The notes: a model not told the origin generated them from the letters alone. A stretch of 64,000 nt of DNA from Sulfuricurvum sp. (GCF_036279695.1 NZ_DASUIQ010000065.1:52601-116600); one strand, 5' to 3'. Counted from the stretch's first letter, positions 37,747 to 47,155 are shown. Numbers and translations are program-made.

Positions 37747-39010
37747 TTTTTGCCTTTGTGTGGATTAGTCGTGCAATGATTCCTGCAACGAGCAAAGTCG
37801 TAATGCCGACGAGGAGAAAAATATCGGGGATACTCCAACCATCTCCTAGAAGTAGTATCGTCACAACCGCACCTGAAACCATAAAAAGGGCATTGAGGAT
37901 ATTGTTGGCGGCGATGATGCGGGAGCGAGAATGGGCTTCGCTTCGCCCTTGCATCAGGGCATACAGCGGAACGCTATAAAGCCCGCCGAACACTCCGATG
38001 AGGGTTAGATCAAAGAGAATATGGAAAAACTGCGGGTTTGCGTATATATCTCCTGTCGTGGTGAAGTGTTGCGCGGCAAGGGCAAAATCGATCCCCGACA
38101 GCCCCATTCCGATAGCTCCGATAACAACCAGCGAGACGCGGAGGCTATGGTGGCTGAGCCGCTCACAGAGGATGGAACCCGCACCGATCCCGAGGGTAAA
38201 GAGGCTCAGCAGTATCGTCACCGTCGTCTCATCCCCCATCAACACCGATTGAACGAATGAGGGGAACTGAGAGAGGAGCAATGCCCCATAAAGCCAAAAC
38301 CATGAGATCGCCAAAATAGAAAGAAAAACCATCCGATTTTGGTACGCCAATCGGATAGCGTTGCGTGTTTGGGCAATGAGGTTGAGCGAAAACGGCATCT
38401 CAGGGCTCAGGGAGGGGGCGTTTGGGATATAGCGGCTGAGGGTGTATCCGATGATGGCGACCGCGATGGAGGCGATACCGGCAATCACTCCGCCGTTGGG
38501 GATTCCCGATAGTACCCCGCCGATGAGTGTCCCCAGTAAAATCGCGGCGAATGTCCCCGATTCGACGAGGGCGTTGGCGCTGACCAGCTCATTTTCCCCC
38601 ATGTGCTGAGGGATGATCGAGTATTTGATCGGACCGAACAGCGTCGAGTGCATCCCCATCCCGAACACGACGATCATAAGGGTGATAAACGAATGGGTCG
38701 CAAATCCCACCGTGGCGATCACCATCAAAAAGATCTCCCACACTTTGACGATACGTGCGAGACGCGCTTTATCAAACTTATCCGCCAACTCTCCCGCCAC
38801 TCCTGAGAAAAGGAAAAAGGGGAGGATAAAGACGGCTCCGATCAGCGGAGCGAGGAGGGCGGAGGAGATCGAAGTCCACTCGGCGGCTTGAAAGGTGAGG
38901 AGCACCGCAAGGGTATTTTTAAAGAGATTGTCGTTAAATGCCCCTAAAAACTGGGTTCCGAACAGCGGGGCAAAACGGTGTGTTTTGAGCAGATAAAGTG
39001 GACTGCTCAT
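37736..39010 (-). CDS. lplT: lysophospholipid transporter (MFS)
   Basis: 12-TM MFS with a LplT-like N-terminus (FGTQFLGAFNDNLFKN). 4 nt overlap with aas, as in the E. coli aas-lplT pair. Confidence 0.8.
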   Translation of the reverse strand: MSSPLYLLKTHRFAPLFGTQFLGAFNDNLFKNTLAVLLTFQAAEWTSISSALLAPLIGAVFILPFFLFSGVAGELADKFDKARLARIVKVWEIFLMVIATVGFATHSFITLMIVVFGMGMHSTLFGPIKYSIIPQHMGENELVSANALVESGTFAAILLGTLIGGVLSGIPNGGVIAGIASIAVAIIGYTLSRYIPNAPSLSPEMPFSLNLIAQTRNAIRLAYQNRMVFLSILAISWFWLYGALLLSQFPSFVQSVLMGDETTVTILLSLFTLGIGAGSILCERLSHHSLRVSLVVIGAIGMGLSGIDFALAAQHFTTTGDIYANPQFFHILFDLTLIGVFGGLYSVPLYALMQGRSEAHSRSRIIAANNILNALFMVSGAVVTILLLGDGWSIPDIFLLVGITTLLVAGIIARLIHTKAKNEL

Positions 39011-41136
39011 GCATCCGCCGCCATTGATTTGAGGGTGACGTAATCGGTTTTGCCTGTCCCCAAAACAGGGATGGCATCGACATAAACGATTTTGCGAGGA
39101 ACGGCGATTTCAGGGTATCCTCGCTCCCGTGCGGCTTGTTGGAGGGTATCGCGTTTTAGCTCTCTGTCGGTCGTAAAGAGGACGAGGGCTTCCCCTCTGG
39201 ACTCATCATTTTGGGATGATGTCGCATGAAAATGGCTCGGTGAAGCGGTGAGGGCGAGTTTCTCAACCGATTCGAGGGAGATCATCTCCCCCGCGATCTT
39301 GGCGAACCGTTTGACCCGTCCCGCTATGCGAACAAATCCACGCTCATCGATCGTGACGATGTCTCCCGTATCGTACCACCCCTCTCCCGCATCAGAGGTC
39401 GGTTTTTCCAAAAATCCGGGACGCTCAGCACGTAGATAGCCGCTCATAACGTTCGGTCCTTTGACGTGCAAGATTCCCCCCTCATCGATCCCCGGAACAC
39501 TAATGAGTTTTGCCTCAATCCCCGGCAAAATCTGTCCTACGGTGCCGCTTCGGTACGCCATCGGGGTATTGACGGCGATAACGGGAGCCGTTTCGGTCGC
39601 CCCGTACCCTTCGAAAATCCGTATCCCGAATTTCTCGAACCACAGCTCTTTGACACTCTCCGAGAGCTTTTCAGCTCCGGCTACGACGTAGCGGAGGCGA
39701 TAAAAATCGTAGGGATGGGCATGGGCGGCATAATGGTTCAAAAAGGTGCTGGTTCCAAAGAGGATCGTGCACGATCGGTCATACGCGATCTCTGGGATAA
39801 CGCGGTAATGCAGTGGGGATGGGTACAAAAAGAGGGGAATCCCTCCCATAATCGGCAACAATGTCCCCGCTGTCAAACCGAAGGAGTGGAAAATCGGCAG
39901 GGCATTGAGCATTTTGTCTTCCGTCGAGAAATCGACGATGGAACGCAGTTGAGCGATATTTGCCATAATCGCATCGTGCGAGAGGACAACCCCTTTGGGT
40001 TTCCCTTCCGACCCTGAGGTAAAGAGGATCACCGCCGTATCTTCAGGAGCTACTTTGTGCATCACTGCACGCGGGAACCATCGTGCGAATCCCATGAGCC
40101 AGAGTTTGTCGATGAGACGCATTTGAGGACGGAGGTCTTCGAGATAGAGGATCGTTACACCGTGTAACCCCTCCAGTTTGGGTTCGAGTTTCCCTTGTGT
40201 TACAAAAGCACGGGAGGTGATGATCGTGTTGATCTGTGCGGCGGTGCAGGCATTTTGTAATCCATCGCTTCCGGCGGTAAAGTTGAGCATTGCGGGAGTT
40301 CGTCCAAACGCATTGAGTCCGAGAATAAGCCCCAATGTCGGAACCGCTGTGGGCATCAATACCCCAACCGCTTCTTTGGGAGCGGTATGAGGGGAGAGGA
40401 GTCTCCCCAATCCCAATGCCATCGTTAGCACCTGTCGGTAGGTGTACTCGATTTGTTTGGTGTCTTCGGCAATGCGGTGCGAATAACCGTAATCTTCCGC
40501 CGCATCGACGAATGCTCCGAAAAGGGTATTTGGGGTTCGCGATTCGAAGATACACTGTTGCAACAGTGTACGCATCGCTTCGCCCGATTTGGTACGTTTT
40601 TCATGAGCACTTCCCCCCTCAGAGATACGCAGACGGGTCGGGGTGCAATAGGTGAGGGTGATTTGCGGAAACCACCGTTTCGGATGTTCCGTGTGCATCC
40701 GTGAGAGGGTACTGAATGTCGCCCCCTCGATAATCACGGGATGGATCGTCGCCTCCGTTTTGACCGTGACGAACGCCGACCCCTCATAAATCTTCATCAA
40801 ACTTCCCGTCGTCGTGATCCGCCCCTCAGGGAAAATGACGACAGGACGACCGCTTTCGACGAGACGGATGATCTGTTTGATCGCCATCGGATTGGAGGGA
40901 TCGATGGCGAGGTATTCGCTCAGCGATAAAAATGCTCTTACCAGCGGGCGTTTGGCGATTTCGGTATTGACCACGAAAACCGGTTTGATCGGAAGTACCA
41001 ACCCCAAAATCAGCCCGTCTAAAAACGATTGATGGTTGGCTATGATAATCGTATGGTTTTCTTCGCGTTGAAACTCTCCGACTACTTTTATCCGAAATAA
41101 AAGACGGACGATTACATATAAAATCGATTTAATCAT
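39007..41136 (-). CDS. aas: bifunctional 2-acylglycerophosphoethanolamine acyltransferase / acyl-ACP synthetase
   Basis: N-terminal PlsC-type HX4D (ANHQSFLDG, FPEGR) and a C-terminal adenylate-forming domain (FTSGSEGKPKGV). Confidence 0.88.
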   Translation of the reverse strand: MIKSILYVIVRLLFRIKVVGEFQREENHTIIIANHQSFLDGLILGLVLPIKPVFVVNTEIAKRPLVRAFLSLSEYLAIDPSNPMAIKQIIRLVESGRPVVIFPEGRITTTGSLMKIYEGSAFVTVKTEATIHPVIIEGATFSTLSRMHTEHPKRWFPQITLTYCTPTRLRISEGGSAHEKRTKSGEAMRTLLQQCIFESRTPNTLFGAFVDAAEDYGYSHRIAEDTKQIEYTYRQVLTMALGLGRLLSPHTAPKEAVGVLMPTAVPTLGLILGLNAFGRTPAMLNFTAGSDGLQNACTAAQINTIITSRAFVTQGKLEPKLEGLHGVTILYLEDLRPQMRLIDKLWLMGFARWFPRAVMHKVAPEDTAVILFTSGSEGKPKGVVLSHDAIMANIAQLRSIVDFSTEDKMLNALPIFHSFGLTAGTLLPIMGGIPLFLYPSPLHYRVIPEIAYDRSCTILFGTSTFLNHYAAHAHPYDFYRLRYVVAGAEKLSESVKELWFEKFGIRIFEGYGATETAPVIAVNTPMAYRSGTVGQILPGIEAKLISVPGIDEGGILHVKGPNVMSGYLRAERPGFLEKPTSDAGEGWYDTGDIVTIDERGFVRIAGRVKRFAKIAGEMISLESVEKLALTASPSHFHATSSQNDESRGEALVLFTTDRELKRDTLQQAARERGYPEIAVPRKIVYVDAIPVLGTGKTDYVTLKSMAADA

Positions 41137-41447
41137 TGAGAATTTCCTTGTAAATAGTTGAGTACATTGCCAAACGTTTGCTCCAGTAGAGGTTTATTGA
41201 TCCAAAACCACACCTCTTTCCCTTTTTTCTCGCTCAAGAGCACTTCGGCCTGACGGAGGATTTTGAGATGATGCGATACGGTGGTGCGTGCTAGTGTCGA
41301 GGCATCGGCGATTTGCCCCGCTGTGAGCCGCTCATCCGGCTCGAACAGCATCAGCATCCGCTGACGGTGTTCATCCCCCAACGCGGTAAAAATATCGGAC
41401 ATCGGTTTCCATTCGGGCGGAAGAGCATGGGTATAATTGGTTTTCAT
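41133..41447 (-). CDS. ArsR/SmtB-family HTH regulator (no metal-binding Cys motif seen)
   Basis: Winged-helix core GQIADASTLARTTVSHHLKILRQAEVL. No ELCVCDL-type cysteines. ATGA overlap with aas. Confidence 0.85.
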   Translation of the reverse strand: MKTNYTHALPPEWKPMSDIFTALGDEHRQRMLMLFEPDERLTAGQIADASTLARTTVSHHLKILRQAEVLLSEKKGKEVWFWINKPLLEQTFGNVLNYLQGNSQ

Positions 41448-41450
41448 CGT

Positions 41451-41481
41451 TATAATCCTAAAAACTTAAACATATAGATAT
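41451..41481 (-). promoter_or_regulatory. conserved leader/operator-like motif, copy 1 (upstream of arsR-family gene)
   Basis: The plus-strand string tataatcctaaaaacttaaacatatagatat is 27/31 identical to 45523-45553, at the same offset (+4) from a start codon. It contains the SD (TAGGA on the coding strand) and the inverted repeat CATAT-ag-ATATG. Confidence 0.5.
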
Positions 41482-41496
41482 GATAATAAATCTGAG

Positions 41497-42828
41497 CTAA
41501 TATGAGACTGAATCACTCGCGCGAAGTGATTCTAAATGCGATTGATACAGACCCAGTGCCACATACACGTATTTCGATTTGACATAGGCACTACGGATAC
41601 TATTGAGCCGCTCTTCGATCTGCTCCATCGTGTGTCCACGGTACAACATCCACGCACCGATCGCCATAACACTGCGAGAGAGCCCTAGAGCGCAATGGAC
41701 ATAGACACCGCGCTCTTTTTTATCTTCGATCATCATAACGACGCGGTGCAGTGCCTCGGGAGAGGGGATCGTCAAATCCAAAAATGGTATTCTCGTCTGC
41801 TCCAGTGTAGAGCGGTTGATCTGATGTTCCAATGCCAGATTGATCGCGTGGTTGATCCCAAGGGATCGGATAAGGTCGTATTCGTGGGATGATGGGTGAC
41901 GTCCGAAATAGATGCGTTCCTCCACGTGGCTCATTAACGGCAATTTTTGTTTGTACCATCGCCATGAGAGGTTTGTCCCGATAAAATAGGGGGCAAACAC
42001 GATCCATTGCCATAATGAAGCCTTTGACTCTTCCCCTGCAATGAGATGATTGAGTCCAAACGCATAGACGATAGCTACCGCTGCCATCGAGAGAAACAGC
42101 CACAGTGCGATGAGGGAGTGATATGCGAACGCTGCGACGAGAAACAAAACCGCCGCACCCAAATAATAAAGCCCCACTTTGAGACTGCGCGGAGTGGTGA
42201 ACTTCTCCAGAAGCCGGTTATTCGGACGGATTAGGGCGATAGCGAGTGCCCCCATGAGTGCCCCCGTCGGGAGATCGATAAAATGGTGCTGATACACCAG
42301 CAGTGTGGAGAGGGCGATGAGCCAAAGCCACAGAGCAACGGCGTATTTTAGAAAAACGTTTTTCAAATGAGCGCGCATCGACATCCACAGCACGATGGCA
42401 AAACTGATGTGCAACGAGGGGAGCTGATTGTAAGGCAGATCGGCACTGAGAACCCCAAAGAGCCATTGATACTCATCGCTTTTGGGTTTTTCAAATCCGA
42501 ATTGGAGCGGAAAAAGGGTAAAGATGAGGACTGATAAAGCAACGATAAAGAGCACCCGCAACGCAAGGATACGAAGCTCCAAACGGCTCTGCGGAAGCAA
42601 AAATGCGATACAAAACATCACATCCGAGGACATATAGGGGATGATGAATGAGGGGACGAACGGAATGTGCCGCTCCCACTCCATAAAAATCGAGGGGTGG
42701 GGGGTGAGCGAAGCGTACTGATTCGCCGCACCGTAGAGGATAAAAAAGAGCGCTCCCATAAAAAGTACCCATACAAATCGCTCTTTGAGGGTGGCAGAGG
42801 CATCTAGGGCAGGATCAAACGGATACAT
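41497..42828 (-). CDS. ynbD: membrane PAP2_C (sphingomyelin/IPC-synthase-like) + dual-specificity phosphatase fusion (YnbD-like)
   Basis: Polytopic N-domain with PSLHISFA and YQHHFIDLPTG. C-domain CX5R P-loop VHCALGLSRS. Architecture and size (443 aa) match my recollection of E. coli YnbD. Confidence 0.65.
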   Translation of the reverse strand: MYPFDPALDASATLKERFVWVLFMGALFFILYGAANQYASLTPHPSIFMEWERHIPFVPSFIIPYMSSDVMFCIAFLLPQSRLELRILALRVLFIVALSVLIFTLFPLQFGFEKPKSDEYQWLFGVLSADLPYNQLPSLHISFAIVLWMSMRAHLKNVFLKYAVALWLWLIALSTLLVYQHHFIDLPTGALMGALAIALIRPNNRLLEKFTTPRSLKVGLYYLGAAVLFLVAAFAYHSLIALWLFLSMAAVAIVYAFGLNHLIAGEESKASLWQWIVFAPYFIGTNLSWRWYKQKLPLMSHVEERIYFGRHPSSHEYDLIRSLGINHAINLALEHQINRSTLEQTRIPFLDLTIPSPEALHRVVMMIEDKKERGVYVHCALGLSRSVMAIGAWMLYRGHTMEQIEERLNSIRSAYVKSKYVYVALGLYQSHLESLRASDSVSY

Positions 42829-42830
42829 GG

Positions 42831-44534
42831 TTATCTACGTCGCGCCGATGAGACGGTGAAAATACCCCAATCATCGATCCGCATCCCCTCTTTATCAAAC
42901 CCGTAGGAGCCAAAGAGGGTATCGAGTTCATACTGGCTTCGGCGGCGCATTATCCATTGCGTTTGCTGATGGTTCCCAAGCACATGGGCGATTTGTTCCA
43001 ACTGCGGATGCCACGGCTGACCCGTATAGACCAAATACCCATTCGGTGCGATCATCGAAGTGATCCCCTCAATGGCATTTTGGATCAGTGCATTTTGTTC
43101 AAACAGCTCAAATACCCCTGAGACGACAACGATATTCGGCTCGTAGGTATTTCGGTCGTAATTGGTTTTATCAAACGCATCGGCTTGCTCGTAACGGATA
43201 TTAGAGAGACCCCGCTCTTTTGCCAATGCGCGCCCTTGCTCGACGTTTTGTTCCTGATAATCGCGCACCAGTACCTCAATGTCGGGGTACTCCTCTGCGA
43301 GTTCGATGAGATAGCGGGCGGGTCCTCCGGCAATATCGAGAATTTTTACATTTTTCCCCTCGCCGCGCAGCTGATCGATTTTTTCGCGGATAGTAATGAT
43401 AGCGTTGACTTTACGCTGACGAATCCCTCTCCATCCGATGCTCTCGAGATAGTTTTTATCGGAGAGTTTCCCTAGCAGACCCACACCGCTTGGGGTATTT
43501 TTGTAGACATAATCGAGTGTAACCCCCGAATCGAACCCGTATTTCAGCCCGATTTTCATCCCATCACTCATCCACCCCAAGGTGTTTAGCATAAAACGCT
43601 GAACCCCAAAAGAGAACTTTTGACACGTGGTGATCTCCCCTCGTGCGATTTTATCTTTTTCATTTTGGGTCAACGCGATGAGATGCTCACTCTTATCGGT
43701 TTTAGGGGTGTTGAAACACTCCTCCATAAACACTCCGATGGCATCGATCGCTTTGTGCGCTTCCGCTTCATAGAGGACACCGTGATAAAACCCTTTCAAC
43801 TCCACGAACCGTTTTAACGGGGAACTGAGACGCTCATAAAATACCTTTTGAACGCGACTGTCCACGACATAATCCGATGTTGCCGAGAGTACCAATGTCG
43901 GGGTGACGATGTGGCTCGCATCCTCCACAATCCGTTTTGCGGTATCGAGGAGTGTCACGAGTTGTCGTGCGGGGATGTTGGGAGTGATGAGCGGATCGGT
44001 GTTGTATCGCTCCTGCTCTATCGTATTATGGGTCAAAAACTTCGCTTTGACGTAGGATTTGATGTTCATGCGGGGATTAAACCGTATCATCAAATCGAGT
44101 GAGGGTTTGGCGAGAGGGATATAGAGTTTGATGACAAACGCCGGAGCGACCAGTGCCATCCCCGCGATACGCGGAGCATAATCGTGCACCCACGTCGAAG
44201 CGACGACCCCCGCGACCGAGTTGGCGACGACGAAAATATCTTCGGCGCTTTTTCCCTCTTTGGCACAGACAAAGCGGACAAACGCCTCCAAATCGCGTAC
44301 CAGATTCATAAACTCATAGGTCGCCTCGGCTCTAGTGTATCCATGCCCTCGATTGTCATACGAGAACACTTTGTACCCCTCGAAAATCGCGTTACGGGCG
44401 ATGGGATCGAGTCGCTCTGAGTGCTCATGTCCGCGATGGAGGAGCAGCACGATTTTGCCGTTAGGATTTTGCGGCGACCATTCACGATAAAAAAGCTCTG
44501 AGCCATCGAAGCTTGCGAAATTTCCGGTTGTCAT
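42831..44534 (-). CDS. ynbC: alpha/beta-hydrolase (lysophospholipase-like) + class I SAM methyltransferase fusion (YnbC-like)
   Basis: LLLHRGHEHSERL and nucleophile elbow VANSVAG in the N-half. SAM motif I ILDIAGGPARY in the C-half. 567 aa. Confidence 0.65.
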   Translation of the reverse strand: MTTGNFASFDGSELFYREWSPQNPNGKIVLLLHRGHEHSERLDPIARNAIFEGYKVFSYDNRGHGYTRAEATYEFMNLVRDLEAFVRFVCAKEGKSAEDIFVVANSVAGVVASTWVHDYAPRIAGMALVAPAFVIKLYIPLAKPSLDLMIRFNPRMNIKSYVKAKFLTHNTIEQERYNTDPLITPNIPARQLVTLLDTAKRIVEDASHIVTPTLVLSATSDYVVDSRVQKVFYERLSSPLKRFVELKGFYHGVLYEAEAHKAIDAIGVFMEECFNTPKTDKSEHLIALTQNEKDKIARGEITTCQKFSFGVQRFMLNTLGWMSDGMKIGLKYGFDSGVTLDYVYKNTPSGVGLLGKLSDKNYLESIGWRGIRQRKVNAIITIREKIDQLRGEGKNVKILDIAGGPARYLIELAEEYPDIEVLVRDYQEQNVEQGRALAKERGLSNIRYEQADAFDKTNYDRNTYEPNIVVVSGVFELFEQNALIQNAIEGITSMIAPNGYLVYTGQPWHPQLEQIAHVLGNHQQTQWIMRRRSQYELDTLFGSYGFDKEGMRIDDWGIFTVSSARRR

Positions 44535-44535
44535 C

Positions 44536-45519
44536 TTATTCTCCTAATAGTTTGGTGTAGTTGGTATAGATGGGACTCTCTGCCGGGAAGTACTCTAAAA
44601 TCGCCTTGGCATAGCGATCAAATGGGTTCGCTTCGCGTGAGAGAGAAAAGCGTTTGCGATAGGGGAGATCGTAGCTGTTGAGCATCGTGCTAAAGGGTAC
44701 GGGGAAATCGGTGCCGAAGAGGAGCTTGTGATGGATGTCGCTCTGTCTGCTCAGATGGCGCAATACTTTTGCTCTCACGGGGGTGAGGAGGGCGCTTATG
44801 TCAGCATAGAGATTATCATGTTCTCTAAGCATTTCGAGAAGGATAAAGTACTCGTCGTTAAAATGTTTCGGATTTTTGGAGAGGGCTTTGAATATTTGGC
44901 GTGGTTCATAGGTGAGTGCCATATGTGCGCAGATCACCTGAACCCCCGCTTCGAGTGGATGACTCAGCATATCGATACTCTCACACGATTTAAAAGAGTG
45001 AACACTGCTCTCACTCCCCACATGGACGATCAGCGGCAGATCGCGCTGTGCGAGTTTGTCGAAATAGGGACGATAACGCGCTTCGCGGGTATCGACCCCC
45101 CAGTAGTTTTGCAAAAACTTTGCCCCCGCAAATCCCGCATCGGCGTAGCGGTCGATGAGATCGAGCGCATCGGGGCGTTTGGGATTGATGGAGAAAAAGG
45201 GGATGATGACATCCTCGTTCCCTCGGTACAACGCCGCTACGTCTTCGTTGGTCGCACACACGGTGATGTCTTTGTGAAGAATTTCTCCCTCTTCATCAAC
45301 CCGTGCATCGACACCGAAGAGGACGATTTTCTCAACGTGTCGTGAACCTCTGACCGATTCGACCAGTGCGCGGGTGTATTCGCCGTAGGGATCGCGGACG
45401 AGTGCTTTGGGGTTCATTCCGAACTTTTTGGCAAAAAAACGCAATGCCAATTTGTCGTAAAAACGATCAAACGCTACATCACTGCTGAGAAGGTGGGTAT
45501 GGATATCAATGGTTTTCAT
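44536..45519 (-). CDS. amidohydrolase-2 / TIM-barrel metal-dependent hydrolase
   Basis: IDIHTHL metal motif at the N-terminus, 327 aa. 1 nt gap to the ynbC-like gene. Confidence 0.7.
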   Translation of the reverse strand: MKTIDIHTHLLSSDVAFDRFYDKLALRFFAKKFGMNPKALVRDPYGEYTRALVESVRGSRHVEKIVLFGVDARVDEEGEILHKDITVCATNEDVAALYRGNEDVIIPFFSINPKRPDALDLIDRYADAGFAGAKFLQNYWGVDTREARYRPYFDKLAQRDLPLIVHVGSESSVHSFKSCESIDMLSHPLEAGVQVICAHMALTYEPRQIFKALSKNPKHFNDEYFILLEMLREHDNLYADISALLTPVRAKVLRHLSRQSDIHHKLLFGTDFPVPFSTMLNSYDLPYRKRFSLSREANPFDRYAKAILEYFPAESPIYTNYTKLLGE

Positions 45520-45522
45520 AAC

Positions 45523-45553
45523 TATATTCCTAAAAACTTAGACATATCGAAAT
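45523..45553 (-). promoter_or_regulatory. conserved leader/operator-like motif, copy 2 (upstream of amidohydrolase)
   Basis: tatattcctaaaaacttagacatatcgaaat is 27/31 identical to 41451-41481. A partial extra copy, ttcctaaaa, follows at 45566-45574. Confidence 0.5.
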
Positions 45554-45586
45554 ATTAAATGTGTTTTCCTAAAATTATCCTGAAAT

Positions 45587-46207
45587 TTATACATCCTTCT
45601 CCCCCGCCTTTTTAATCACCTCTTCCAACCGCTCCGTAAACGCTTGAGTATCTTCTTCGCCGATCATCATCGGCTCATTGATATGAACATCGATGATAAA
45701 GGGGACGAGTAGCGCTTCCCCTTTGGGGAGCACTTTTCCCGCGCCGCCGAGATAGATGGGGACAACGCTGATATGGGGAGCCATTTTTGCCAAATGGGCG
45801 ACTCCTGATTTGAATTTACTCATCTGCTCCGCTTCGCCGCGACTCCCCTCGGGGAAGAGGATGATGCTGTTCCCCGCTTCGAGGGCTTGGCGCACCGATT
45901 CGAGGGGATGCGTGTGCGATCTCTCTACTTTTCGACTTAGGGGGATAATCCCGATGAACTGGGTCGAGAACCACGCGATGAGGCGGTTTTTCATAAAATA
46001 GTCCGCCGCCGCGACGGGGCGGATACGGTGGATTTTGCGCAGGGGAAAGAGGCTCATGAGTACCAGCGTATCGAGATGGCTGTTATGGTTAGCGACGATG
46101 ATGCAGGGTTTGTCGTGACTTAGGTGTTCGCGCCCCCGCACATGCACTCCGAAGACCAGCAATACCGTAGGACGGACGATGAGGGCGAAAAAGAGCCATT
46201 TTAGCAT
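45587..46207 (-). CDS. PlsC-type lysophospholipid acyltransferase
   Basis: HX4D block ANHNSHLDT and FPEGSRG block, 206 aa. Confidence 0.8.
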   Translation of the reverse strand: MLKWLFFALIVRPTVLLVFGVHVRGREHLSHDKPCIIVANHNSHLDTLVLMSLFPLRKIHRIRPVAAADYFMKNRLIAWFSTQFIGIIPLSRKVERSHTHPLESVRQALEAGNSIILFPEGSRGEAEQMSKFKSGVAHLAKMAPHISVVPIYLGGAGKVLPKGEALLVPFIIDVHINEPMMIGEEDTQAFTERLEEVIKKAGEKDV

Positions 46208-46216
46208 CGTGTTATC

Positions 46217-47155
46217 CTAATAGTAGAGATAGTAGGTGAAATGGAAAAAAAGCGGTGCGGTATAGGTGAGACTATCGACACGATCAAGTATCCCCCCATG
46301 CCCAGGCAGCAGATGCCCCGAATCTTTTACCCCGATGTCCCGTTTGACCATCGAAATGACGACATCGCCGACGAACCCCGCGCCGCTGATGAGCATCCCC
46401 GCCGCGAGCGCTTGAAGCGTCGTAAAAGGGGTGAGAAACGAAAATGCCACCGCGAGAGCACTGAGGGTGATAAATGCACCCACGAACCCCTCGATCGTTT
46501 TGTTGGGGCTTACTTTCGGGACGATTTTATGTTTACCCAGAGCCTTGCCCCAGAGATATTGTAATACATCGTTGAGTTCGGTGAGGACGACGAGATAGAG
46601 CACCAACTCTTTTCCCCCGACATCATGCCCCGCCACAGCAGGGAGAGTCATCATATAGGCGAGGTGGCTCAGACCGAAGACAAACATCATCAGCCCCCAC
46701 TGCACGCGGCTCGTGTTCTCTAAAAATCCCTGCGTCTCCCCGATGAGTACCTGACGAAACGGGAGGAGCAAAAAGAGGTAGACGGGTATCCAAATGATAA
46801 ACATCCCATACCACTGCGCCCCCGCGAACCAGTACTGAAACACGATGGAGAGGTAGGCGTAAAAGATGATACGACGATCGGTGCGACGGGTGGGGATAAG
46901 GGTGAAATACTCTTTGAGGGCGAGATAGCTGATGAGAGCGAAAAAGAACATCGCTACGGTCGTGTTGAGCATCGCCCCGAGTATAAATGCGCCGATAATG
47001 ATCCACCACGAATAGACGCGGTCTTTCAACTCTTGGGACGTTTTGGTGCGAAAGATCACCGATACGATCAACGTGGCAAACGCCAATATCCCTAAAATAA
47101 TCAGCAAAACAATCCCGCTTTTACCCGAAAAGAGTGTGGTGATTGTCTCTATCAT
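46217..47155 (-). CDS. ynbB: phosphatidate cytidylyltransferase paralogue (YnbB-like)
   Basis: CdsA signature SMVKRDIGVKDSGHLLPGHGGILDRVDS. The ATG at 47155 forms an ATGA overlap with the upstream stop (track start 47194 is less likely). Confidence 0.75.
   Translation of the reverse strand: MIETITTLFSGKSGIVLLIILGILAFATLIVSVIFRTKTSQELKDRVYSWWIIIGAFILGAMLNTTVAMFFFALISYLALKEYFTLIPTRRTDRRIIFYAYLSIVFQYWFAGAQWYGMFIIWIPVYLFLLLPFRQVLIGETQGFLENTSRVQWGLMMFVFGLSHLAYMMTLPAVAGHDVGGKELVLYLVVLTELNDVLQYLWGKALGKHKIVPKVSPNKTIEGFVGAFITLSALAVAFSFLTPFTTLQALAAGMLISGAGFVGDVVISMVKRDIGVKDSGHLLPGHGGILDRVDSLTYTAPLFFHFTYYLYY

Noticed and set aside
39466-40555. Plus- and minus-strand alternative ORFs (183, 170 and 106 aa) inside aas
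   Set aside because: They lie in shadow or off frames of the aas gene. Their Arg/Pro/Ser-rich composition is typical of out-of-frame translation of GC-richer DNA.
44728-45345. 205 aa plus-strand ORF
   Set aside because: It is antisense to the amidohydrolase gene and has no motifs.
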